64,000 bases of DNA from Macrostomum lignano (taxonomy: Eukaryota), in the NCBI GenBank assembly GCA_002269645.1, contig NIVC01002665.1, forward strand, positions 86,901 through 150,900, written 5' to 3'. A program made the translations under genes and the position numbers. The notes beneath the pieces were generated by a model, which saw only the letters and a list, made by a program, of their open reading frames with translations, searched no databases and was not told the origin of the DNA. Shown one piece after another: positions 1-15,100 of the stretch (position 1 is the first letter of the stretch; every line of letters starts with the position of its first letter).

Positions 1-157
1 AACTTTACTCAGGACTCTCCTGGACTCTCCGCAGGGAGGCCACGCTACGGACACAGGCACCACTGGATCTCCCTGCGCGACACCGCAGCACCAGCTGCCC
101 GTGGTCGCCAGGGGCTAGCAAAATGGGCGGCGACGCCTCCCCGCTGTATCCGGATAC
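1..157 (-). CDS. Putative further WDR13 exon (frame junction unresolved)
   Basis: GC-rich block preceded by ttcactcagctgcag. The open frame reads ..GQLVL..SSGACVRSVASL, but its phase does not join cleanly to the phase-1 donor at 307. Confidence 0.35.
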
Positions 158-307
158 CTGCAGCTGAGTGAAGTAAGTCAAGACCCACTCTCTGACATGC
201 CACAATCGGCAAAAGCTGATAAAACCCTGTGAATTGCAGCTTGCCCCATTTCTGCTAACAAAAGAACACTGAAAAGGCAGTTTAACAGCCCGTGCCCCGT
301 CACTAAC

Positions 308-3132
<2,825 letters not shown>

Positions 3133-5169
3133 GGCAATGATTGAAATTGGCTGAGATCAGTCTAAACAAAGTAAAATCTGATCGACCAGGAATTGACAGT
3201 GAAGATAGTTATTGTGTCATTAATAATGTTTTACCTAGCCTTAACAAGCCAAATTAGCTTTTATTGATAAGTCAAAGAACCAATAAATTCTACATGGAGC
3301 CTAAAAACGTATTTATTTTAATCTGGCTAATCTCTAATCACATAATTAGACAAATTGAATAGTAATATTTTGCTTTTAAAAATGTGTTAATCTATTTTAT
3401 TCTATTTGATTTTAGTGCAGTACTATTTCAAAAACATTATTTGTAAAGATTACTAAATATATTTAATATACAATTGATGTTTTCTGTCACTTTTAAAAGT
3501 TATTAGATAAAATTTTTTTTACCATTTTATAGCCAATATTATATGTACAAATATAAAAATAAGGATAAGAATTGAGTAAGTAACAAACTACTGTCTAGTC
3601 TAGAGAACCTAGATGTAATTGTAATATTTTTTCTAGAATCCTATTTTGCAGTAATTTTTTTGCAATTTAATTTGCGTTCGTATAAGTTCTATAATGCTTT
3701 ACATAACAGAGAATTCCCTTAAAAGCTATTTTTCAAGCATTTGAAAAGCTATTCTCAAGAGAATTCTTATTTAACAGAAATATATAAGGATTTTCATCAC
3801 AAACCCTGTTTTTTCAAACGATAGTCCAAGCTAATACTAACCTTCCGAACAATCCTAACAAACTGATCGAACCTATAATCTTAAATATCGAAATCAACAG
3901 TAGATTTGTGTGAACTACTAAACCGTGCAAGTTAAAAACAAGGACAACCAAAGTCGTCCTTGGTTAAAAACTGAATAACTCTTTGAAGTTGAATTTGCGC
4001 TTCCTCGAAAATAAAAATTCGCCAAGCATAATAACAAGTGTGATACATTTTTTAGCAACAGGTTCATAAAAATGCTTTTACAATTGTAAATTCGTCAAAA
4101 AGTTTTTTTATTGTTTTTTTTCTGCACTGATAGTAGCAAAGAGCTTTAAACTTTGAATGGCGTCTAAATAATTTAGTTTTTCATTTTTTGTTGAATATCA
4201 GTCGATCGACCCCACTTCCATAACTTAAAGTTTACAAGAGAACTCGTTAACTATTGGTTAAGAATTTGTTTACCACTGTTTCAATATGTTTTAAGCGAAT
4301 ACAGATAATTGTCAATGCATGTTAAAGTCTATACATTTGAGTAACTACATACTAAATAAGCTTCTCTTAGCTTTTTTTAGCTTAAAGCTAATTCTTTTTG
4401 AAGAATAATCTAGATAAAATGATATTTAAAATTTTTAACTCCAATATTGTGCTGTTTCTATCTTTTTTATGTTCATTTGGTATAAAATTAAGTTCTGTGA
4501 GTTTTTTGCTCCTTAGACTTAGTATGCAAGCTTTATTTTTATACATATTATTTTTATTTTATTTAATGACTAGAAATTTACACTTACCTCTTACACGCAG
4601 AAAAAAAATATGCGAGTAATTATAGGAAAAATATGAGTTATTAAAAATTATAAGAAGCCATAAAAAGCGCTGATTGCTTTTGCACTAGTGCATTGTTGTT
4701 TATTCGGGTCTAAATTCTAAAAAAGGATGTCTTTGAAGGTGGTGGATCAACTAGCTAGTCAAGTATTGATGTAGATAAAGTACATATGATAGCCAAAATA
4801 ATTTTGAATCTAAGTTTTCATTAGTCATTTTCAAAAGACTTCATTTGGATTTTTCAAGAAATTTTGGGTTTGAAATGTCCAAGTACATCTACAAGTAGTT
4901 AATTACTACATGAGTTTGCCAGCTGTATCGTATAATATCAATGTAGCAAATTATTTACATTGCAGTACTGAAGTCCTTATGTATTATTAGCGTACTACAA
5001 ATTATCATTGGAATATTTTATATGTGCATTTTAATTTTATTGAGAGAATTTACAGCTAGCAGGAATTGTCAATTTAAGCGCCGAATTGAAACCGGATATT
5101 AATTGCCCATAGTCGGAGAAGACTCCGAATTTTTTTAAAAGGGCAAAATGCAGCCTAGCCTTCCCTCTG

Positions 5170-5342
5170 GGGTGGGTTTCACAAACGCAAAATTTCACAA
5201 CCGCTAAAAGCACTTGCTTTCATAACCGTGAAACTTCACAACCGCAAAACTTCACAACCGCAAATTTTTTTGCACTTATTATACTTTCATGTACTGCAGT
5301 CTTTTTAGCGGTTGTGAAGTTTCGCGTTTATGAAAGCAACCC
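5170..5342. mobile_element. MITE-like element with ~41 bp imperfect terminal inverted repeats
   Basis: 5170-5210 (GGGTGGGTTTCACAAACGCAAAATTTCACAACCGCTAAAAG) is the near reverse complement of 5301-5342. Internal TTCACAACCG motifs are present. No clear TSD. Confidence 0.7.
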
Positions 5343-6175
5343 ATAAAAATATAGAGATTATAAACGTATCGGGTTCCGAGTATCCCGTGTTGAAATGAAT
5401 TGAGCACGAGGTTAGATAAGTTGACAAATTCCAGATGGTGCGTGTACACACTTTTTAATTTAACTACTCGAAAGTAGTATGAACAACAATGAACAATTGT
5501 TCAGGTACACAAACACAAACACGCAAGTGAACACAAATTAGGCTCAAATGAATTTGTACGCACAATTGGCGCAGCAATGCCTCACCATGCACACAGCGCC
5601 CACCCCTGACTTTGGCTATACTGTGTGTCCTGCTGGTTGCTAATGAGAGCTGCCTGCGAAATAAATCCAGCTTTAGGGCTGGCTGCGGCAATTTTCTTAT
5701 TCTGTGCATGGCAATCTCCATTGAAATTGCGATCCGCTCCTTAGACTTAGAGTAGAGTAGAGTGCTTTTTTTTGGGGGGGGGGGAGGCTGCAATGACTCG
5801 CTCTGCTTGCATCGCGCTGCCTTCTCCGTCACCGCCACCTCCCCCTCCTTCTCTTGCACCCCCCCCCCCCGACTCCTGGCTCAGACAGGCAAGAAAAAGC
5901 AAACCAGGCAGCAAGCAAGCAATTTTAGTGAATGCAGAGTGGCGCACACTGAAGGTTGGGACCAAGGGTCATACCAGCAGTACATCTGGCTGCCTCTTCT
6001 CCCCAGCTGTTTGCTCAAACTCAAGCAGCCACCCCCTCACACACACAAGCTGTGCAATCTCGGCACTACTCAAAACTCTCTCTCCGCAGCTGCCCGGCTC
6101 AACTCGGCCTCGTCCCTGCGAAGGTGGTGGCCGCGCAGTAATTAATTGGCATCATAAATTAACAGAAATCCTCAG

Positions 6176-9100
6176 CTGAGGCCGCGCTCGCCATCACTGA
6201 AGGCCCCAATGTCTTCTCCGTCCGGCCAGCGGCGTCGCGGAGTCGAGCCCGACCTCGGCGACATCGACGTCGGCGGCAGCATGCCAATTGGCGACATTCT
6301 CAGCAGCTCGGACGACGCCATGACGCCGCCTGGCCGAGCCCGGCCAACCACCGCGCTGGGGCTGGTCCGCCCGGCCGGGCTGGCCCTGTCCGAGGAGCTT
6401 CTCCAGCAGAGAGTTGGCGGTTCATCAGTGCGGAGCGACGACATCACAGTCAGCTCCATGCCGGACAACAGCAGCTTCAGCTTGCCGGGGGAGCCGCTGA
6501 CGGGCTGGCGGAAGGTGAGCGCAATTCGATACTGATGAAGCTGGCGAATAAGCGGTGCATTTAATGTGGGATTCTGCCCAATCAATCAACCCTGCGAGGG
6601 CCAAATGCATGTGTTGTACATGCTGTGAGCATGTGCCTGTACCTGTGTATGCTCAGGGCTCAGCGAGATTTTGATTTGCCCAAAGCATGCAACTAAGTGA
6701 ATAATTGTTTTAAATTTATCTAACAGTGAGTTTTGCTTGCATTGCTGCTACTAACTTTGGAGCGGCTGCTGTTGCATCCAGATTCTAATACATGAGGGGC
6801 TTCCTTTGCTCAGGGGCGGTAGCCTAGTGGTTAGAGCGTCAGACTCACGACTTGAAGGTCGGGGGTTCGATTCTCGATCCACTCGGAACAATTTGTGTCC
6901 TTGAGCAAGACACTTAACTCTCACCCAGCTGTAAAATGGGTGCCAACATTAGCTGGGGAAATTGAGGGTGTGTGTGGCGACCCCCCAGTCCTTGGACTGT
7001 ACAGCCGTACGCAGCCTTCAGATGCGCCGCGCAATAGCTGCGGCTGAGCTGTCGGTTGCACATCTGGCCATTAGGACATCTTACATATTGAAAAGCTTTT
7101 AACCGACCATTAAATATGGACGAACCAGAGGAAAGTAATACCGCTATTTCTTGTGAAAACATAGGAGATTTCACATCCATTCTGCCCCTAGTAGTTGAAT
7201 CCTTGAGACTTAAAGTGTGTAGCTGCGATCCCATTGACAACTCTAGAGCTTAAAAGCTAATCCAATAGTGTTTTTAATACAAGAATTTCAAATATTAACT
7301 GCGAGATCTAACATTCGCTACTAACACAATTCGCCCTAAACTGCTGTTTAATGCGTTTGCGTTCAATTCAGCGAGTTGAACTGCAGGAGGCGTTCCAGTC
7401 GCTTAGCGACCCCATCGCTTCGCCTCGGCTGCCTAAATTGGCGCGCGGAGGCGGCGGCGCCAATCAGGCGCCACACCTCATGGCGCCCTCGCCGCCGCCG
7501 CCCCCTCCGCAAACATTGGCTGGAGCCGCTCGCGACAGCGCCGATACCACACTGGCGTCGAGCTTTGACTCTTCAGTAAGAGGCCGGACTCGCTGATCCG
7601 GTGCCGCAATTTACTTTTTGGTCGCTGCTTGCTTTGCCTTTTCTGTTATTTATTTTGCTGAATATTGCACTTGGCGGCTCTGGCGATGTTCATTCTAGAC
7701 AGGGGCGCCTAATCACATAGGTCTATACTAGGGGGTGCCTATTCACATAGGTCTATACTAGGGGGCGCCTAATCACATAGGTCTATACTAGGGGGCGCCT
7801 ATTCACATAGTTCTATACTAGGTGGCGCATATTCACATAGTTCTATACTAGGGGGCGCCTATTCACATAGTTCTATACTAGGGGGCGCCTATTCACATAG
7901 TTCTATACTAGGAGGCGCCTATTCACATAATTCTAGATTAGGGGTGCCTACGCAGGGTCGCCTTGTCACTATGAAATGCTTACTTTCTATTTATTTTCTA
8001 TCGTAATATTTAATGACTGCTAAGCCTGAATTCACTAATTGGTTTCATTGCATCACCCTAATTTATAAATTTTGCTGCTGTCACTCTATGCTGCTTAATT
8101 TCTATTTATTTCTTATTGATTTTTTAATTACCCACATAAATCCAGCAGAATATTTCTTTTAAAGTGCATTCTGTTCATATTTAATCAAGCAAAATCTAAC
8201 TAGAAGCGGAAGGCCTGAGCGCTATCGATTCGATTGCATCGCACGTTTCATTCACCGCTCCAATCACATTAGATGGCCGCTTAAATCCATCTAATAGAGG
8301 GAGGGCAAGGGGGCCGTCTCAGTAGGATGGCAAAAAAACTATAGCGCTTTCCTATGATGGCGCTCCCCCCCACGATGGCGCTTCGCCGCGATGGCGCTCC
8401 CCCCACGATGGCGCTTCCCCACGATGGCGCTTCCCCACGATGGCGCTCCTCCCACGATGGCGCTTCCCCACGATGGCGCTTCCCCACGATGGCGCTCCCC
8501 CACGATGGCGCTTCCCCACGATGGCGCTTCCCCACGATGGCGCTTCTCCCACGATGGCGCTTCCCCACGATGGCGCTTCCCCACGATGGCGCTTCTCCCA
8601 CGATGGCGCTCCTCCCACGATGGCGCTTCCCCACGATGGCGCCCTGTTTAGCGCTCAAATTCGGAAAGGTCAATAAAACTTGCGAAGCGCATCAGCAAAA
8701 AATCGCAAAATTTACGAGTCTAAGAGTCCTTCCGTTATAGCTAGTCGCCTGCGAGCTCTTAGCCAAAGAACACACGCCGCACTTGCTACTATACGCAGTA
8801 GTAAACCTGTGCAAATTTATTGCAATCGTGAATTTTACAGGAATACGCCTCCCAGAAGCGGGAGCTGTCCAGACTAAGCGAAGAATCGGCAGCCGCGGCG
8901 GCGGCAGCGGCCAGCGTTGGCGAATTGCGCGAAGAGAACGCCTGCCTGCAGCACGACCTGGACGCGCTGGTTCGTGCCGTGAAATCGGCAAGGTCAACCG
9001 GCCGACTGGAGTTCGATCGAGGCAAATTCCTCGCCCTGGACCCCGAGTCCGTGTTCGGCGGCACCGGCAGCACGGTGGACTTCCTGTCTTCGGCGCCGTC

Positions 9101-12100
9101 TACTCAGGTGAGCGCTTTTTGCTGCTATTTTCTGTCCATTTTTTTGGACTCATGCACTTATGGACTACTATAAGTAGCGTAATACTCAGATTGACAGCAA
9201 TGAGGAGGCAGTAAAGTAAAGACGGTCTCTTTGAGATTGTAGGTACACTTTGTCCTCAGGGTGCGTGTCCCTGGCTGATGACCGCACACTTGAGGCTGAG
9301 CTGCCCGTGTTTCAGGTAGATGAGATCAGGTAGCATTCAGAGGCTGAGCTGCCTGTGTCTCAGGTAGATGAGATCAGGTAGCATTCAGCGGCTGAGCTGC
9401 CTGTGTCTCAGGTAGATGAGATCAGGTAGCTTTCAGCGGCTGAGCTGCCTGTGTCTCAGGTAGATGAGATCAGGTAGCTTTCAGCGGCTGAGCTGCCCGT
9501 GTCTCAGGTAGATGAGATCAGGTAGCTTTCAGCGGCTGAGCTGCCCGTGTCTCAGGTAGATGAGATCAGGTAGCTTTCAGCGGCTGAGCTGCCCGTGTTT
9601 CAGGTAGATGAGATCAGGTAGCATTCAGCGGCTGAGCTGCCTGTGTCTCAGGTAGATGAGATCAGGTAGCTTTCAGCGGCTGAGCTGCCCGTGTCTCAGG
9701 TAGATGAGATCAGGTAGCTTTCAGCGGCTGAGCTGCCCGTGTCTCAGGTAGATGAGATCAGGTAGCTTTCAGCGGCTGAGCTGCCCGTGTCTCAGGTAGA
9801 TGAGATCAGGTAGCTTTCAGCGGCTGAGCTGCCCGTGTCTCAGGTAGATGAGATCAGGTAGCTTTCAGCGGCTGAGCTCAGCGGCTGAGCTGCCCGTGTC
9901 TCAGGTAGATGAGATCAGGTAGCTTTCAGCGGCTGAGCTCAGCGGCTGAGCTGCCCGTGTCTCAGGTAGATGAGATCAGGTAGCTTTCAGCGGCTGAGCT
10001 GCCCGTGTTTCAGGTAGATGGGATCAGGTAGCTTTCAGCGGCTGAGCTGCCCGTGTTTCAGGTAGATGAGATCAGGTAGCATTCAGCGGCTGAGCTGCCC
10101 GTGTTTCAGGTAGATGGGATCAGGTAGCTTTCAGCGGCTGAGCTGCCCGTGTTTCAGGTAGATGAGATCAGGTAGCTTTCAGCGGCTGAGCTGCCCGTGT
10201 TTCAGGTAGATGAGATCAGGTAGCTTTCAGCGGCTGAGCTGCCCGTGTTTCAGGTAGATGGGATCAGGTAGCTTTCAGCGGCTGAGCTGCCTTTGTCACT
10301 AGGTAAACCTACCTGAGCAGGAGGTTAAAGAAAATCTGGCTAAGTTTTTTTTCGCTCCTGGTGGACCCTGTCTGATGAGTGGCTGAATGGCTAAGTGATA
10401 AGATTTGTCTATTCTATTTTTAATAAACACAAATGCACACCTTCGCAGCGAAGCGATTATTCAACATCAACAATGCCCTCGGTGATTGACACACCGCAGG
10501 ACAGGGCTCAGGTAATTCTAATATACGAGTATAAGTCATATATACTATAACTATTGTAGTTAGGTATGGTGCTTCTAGTTGGAGTCTCATTGACTCAAAT
10601 TATTTATGCTTTGCTTTGTACCATGTAATTGAACTCTCTTTGGTGCATTTTGGCTTTTGTCTGACACACATTGTGGGCCATAGTCTAACACACATTGTGG
10701 GCTATAATCTGACACACATTGTGGGTCATAGTCTGACACACATTGTGGGTCATAGTCTGACACACATTGTGGGTCATAGTCTGACACACATTGAGGGTCA
10801 TAGTCTGACACACATTGTGGGCCATAGTCTGACACACATTGTGGGTCATAGTCTGACACACATTGTGGGCCATAGTCTGACACACATTGTGGGCCATAGT
10901 CTGACACACATTGTGGGCCATAGTCTGACACACATTGTGGGTCATAGTCTGACACACATTGTGGGCCATAGTCTGACACACATTGTGGGCCATAGTCTGA
11001 CACACATTGTGGGCCATAGTCTGACACACATTGTGAGCTATAATCTGACACACATTGTGGGCCATAGTCTGACACACATTGTGAGCTATAATCTGACACA
11101 CATTGTGGGCCATAGTCTGACACACATTGTGGGCCATAGTCTGACACCCATTGTGAGCTATAATCTGACACACATTGTGGGCCATAGTCTGACACGCATT
11201 GTGGGCCATAGTCTAACACCCATTGTGAGCCATAGACACGCAAGAATGCTACTACTTCAAGTAGGCAGAATTAGTCTATCAAGGTGGGAGAAATTTTGCG
11301 CCAACATACTGGTATTTAATCGCATGAAATGCTTTTTTAATTAGCGAAATTTAAAAAGTTAAAGCTTTGCAATTCGAATTATATCAGACACAATTTTACT
11401 GCAATGCTATTCATATTTATACAGCAGCTATTTTGTACCTGAACTATTGAATGCCCATTATATATTAAACTGATGCTCTATTGAATTTTCTGAAAAATTT
11501 CCTTACACTGGCTGGAATCCATTAAACAGTAAATTAATCATCCAACACCTTTTTCACTCCCCTACTCTCGAGTCTAATATGATTGACGATTCCCATTGGG
11601 ACTCGTTCATCAACGAGACCTTTTTTGAGAAGCTGAAGCACTCGGCGCCTCTGTTCATGGACTGCCGAGAGGCCGGAAGCTGAGCTAGGAACCAGAGCAG
11701 TCGTCCCTGTACAGGAATTTTATACACAGGGACTTCTGAATGCTCGTACCTGGACTGGAAAGAAGCGCCCAGTCCAAGCCAAAACTATTAGTATTACCAG
11801 TAGAAACTTAGCTAATAAAAGAGTAATGGACATCGACTGGGGGGGGGCTCTTCGTTTCTTGGAGTTTTTTTGAAGGCTTAGGTTTTGTATTTTTTTAAAT
11901 AATTTTGCGGAAAACAACAGTTATAAACTATCAATTTTAACAAACACTAGTAGGAAAATAAGAGAATTCCACCTTTTTTTCGAAGAAACACAGTGTCTTG
12001 TCCATCTAATTTTAGCGGTCCTTGATTCAAAAATATCATTCCGGAATAGAAATAGCTTAGAGAGAGTGTCAAATTTCTACCATTGTTAGAAATTCAATAG

Positions 12101-15100
12101 ATTGCTCAACAATTCTACTATTCTCTTACTCTTACTATCGATTTGAAAGCGTCACCATGGCAACCAATACAAACTGAACCAGATGCACACAGAGAGAGAG
12201 AGAGAGAGGTTGACTTTAAAGTTAAAGCCGGTAAATCTATGTTTTATCACGATGGCCAGACTTGGCCAATTTCTCAGTTCAAATATTTTTGCTGGCTGCT
12301 TTGGAACACAGGAAGTTGAAGCAAAGAAGTGGTGAGTGGAAGAGAGAGGGGAAAGAAGGAGAATTGGGGATAGAAGCAAGGCAGAAGCAAGCAAGGAATT
12401 CAGGTCCCAGAGGACTGATCCCTGTGTTTATTGGCTAAGGGTTTGCGAGTCTCTGAGTTCACTTCTGTATGCTATAAGAATAGAGATTCTCAATCTCAGT
12501 CAGCTCTTATCTGGGCTCACCTTGATGGCGTTCAACATGCAGGCTGGAGCGGCACCGGCGGCGGCTGGCGGCGAAGCTGCTCTGGCCGAGTTGGACACCC
12601 AGGCGGAGCTGGCGGCCAGCCGGGACCGGGTGCGCCAGATGAAGAAACAGGTGCGATGGGGCCAGGGATTCTGCGGCTTCTGTAGCTTTGTGTTTGCTTG
12701 AATGGAACTGGGAGTTGGCCATGGTAGATTTCTGTTATATTGTAGATCTGCGATTCTATCTTGTAGATCTGCGATTCTATCTTGTAGATCTGCGATTCTA
12801 TCTTGTAGATCTGCGATTCTATCTTGTAGATGTGCGATTCTATCTTGTATATCTGCGATTCTATCTTGTAGATCTGCGATTCTATCTTGTAGATTTGCGA
12901 TTATATCCTTGTAGATCTGCGATTCTATCTTGTAGATCTGCGATTCTATCTTGTAGATCTGCGATTCTATCTTGTAGATCTGCGATTCTATCTTGTAGAT
13001 CTGCGATTCTATCTTGTAGATCTGCGATTCTATCTTGTAGATCTGCGATTCTATCTTGTAGATCTGCGATTCTATCTTGTAGATCTGCGATTCTATCTTG
13101 TAGATCTGCGATTCTATCTTGTAGATCTGCGATTCTATCTTGTAGATCTGCGATTCTATCTTGTAGATCTGCGATTCTATCTTGTAGATCTGCGATTCTA
13201 TCTTGTAGATGTGCGATTCTATCTTGTATATCTGCGATTCTATCTTGTAGATCTGCGATTCTATCTTGTAGATCTGCGATTATATCCTTGTAGATCTGCG
13301 ATTCTATCTTGTATATCTGCGATTCTATCTTGTAGATCTGCGATTATATCTTGTAGATTTGCGATTATATCCTTGTATATCTGCGATTCTATCTTGTAGA
13401 TCTGCGATTCTATCTTGTAGATTTGCGATTATATCCTTGTAGATCTGCGATTCTATCTTGTAGATCTGCGATTCTATCTTGTAGATTTGCGATTATATCC
13501 TTGTAGATCTGCGATTCTATCTTGTAGATCTGCGATTCTATCTTGTAGATCTGCGATTCTATCTTGTAGATCTGCGATTCTATCTTGTATATCTGCGATT
13601 CTATCTTGTAGATCTGCGATTCTATCTTGTAGATCTGCGATTCTATCTTGTAGATTTGCGATTATATCCTTGTAGATCTGCGATTCTATCTTGTAGATCT
13701 GCGATTCTATCTTGTAGATCTGCGATTCTATCTTGTAGATCTGCGATTCTATCTTGTAGATCTGCGATTCTATCTTGTAGATCTGCGATTCTATCTTGTA
13801 GATCTGCGATTCTATCTTGTAGATCTGCGATTCTATCTTGTAGATCTGCGATTCTATCTTGTAGATCTGCGATTCTATCTTGTAGATCTGCGATTCTATC
13901 TTGTAGATCTGCGATTCTATCTTGTAGATCTGCGATTCTATCTTGTAGATCTGCGATTCTATCTTGTAGATCTGCGATTCTATCTTGTAGATCTGCGATT
14001 CTATCTTGTAGATCTGCGATTCTATCTTGTAGATGTGCGATTCTATCTTGTATATCTGCGATTCTATCTTGTAGATCTGCGATTCTATCTTGTAGATTTG
14101 CGATTATATCCTTGTAGATCTGCGATTCTATCTTGTAGATCTGCGATTCTATCTTGTAGATCTGCGACTCTATCTTGTAGATGTGCGATTCTATCTTGTA
14201 TATCTGCGATTCTATCTTGTAGATCTGCGATTCTATCTTGTAGATTTGCGATTATATCCTTGTAGATCTGCGATTCTATCTTGTAGATCTGCGATTCTAT
14301 CTTGTAGATCTGCGACTCTATCTTGTAGATGTGCGATTCTATCTTGTATATCTGCGATTCTATCTTGTAGATCTGCGATTCTATCTTGTAGATCTGCGAT
14401 TCTATCTTGTAGATCTGCTATTCTATCTTGTAGATCAGCGCTTCTATCCTTTAGATCTGTGAGTTTATCTTTTAGATCTGGGTTTCTGTCTTGTAGATCT
14501 TGTAGATCTGCGACTTTATCTTTCTATCTTTATATTTGATATATTCTGCATATTACGTTTTTTGGTAGCTTAAAAAATTGATCTAGACTAGCGATCTCAA
14601 AGATCCAGTGCAGCAATCTCAAAGATCTCATTGAATTTCTACCAGGTGGAGGAACGCGATGCCAAAATCCGCGAGCTGACGACATCCCTGAAGGCTCTGC
14701 AGGCCACGGCTGTCAAGACTGAGTCGGACTCGACTGCGGCTGTGCGCTGCCTGGAGGAGAAGCTCAGACGGAGTGCTCACGATGTGAGTCAAAACTAATG
14801 AGATGACGAGTCGTTTTGTTGTTCATCCACGGCTTGCTACTCGCGCCGTTTACCCACCGGTTTTCAACCTAGACCTAAAATCATATAAAAAACGCTACTG
14901 ATACTACTTAATTATTTCTCCCACGATTTTTTCCAAAAACAGACTCTGCAGTCGGAGCGTCGCGTCAAGTCGCTGGAAGCCGACCTGGCCGAAGCTCGCG
15001 AACAGCGACAACGCGACAGCGACGAGTTGGCGCGGCTGCAGGCGCGGTGCCGCGGCGTTGAAGCCGGCAGCGGCGACCGGGCGGAGCTTCTCAAATCAGA

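Noticed and set aside
5464-6145. ORFs upstream of the coiled-coil gene
   Set aside because: Low-complexity and mutually overlapping. One may be a real 5' exon, but none could be chosen from sequence alone.
6813-6885. tRNA gene
   Set aside because: A and B boxes are present but the acceptor stem does not pair well and the sequence continues into a CORE-like SINE body.
10372-10400. Hammerhead ribozyme core CTGATGAG
   Set aside because: No stem II followed by GAAA, and no flanking helices.
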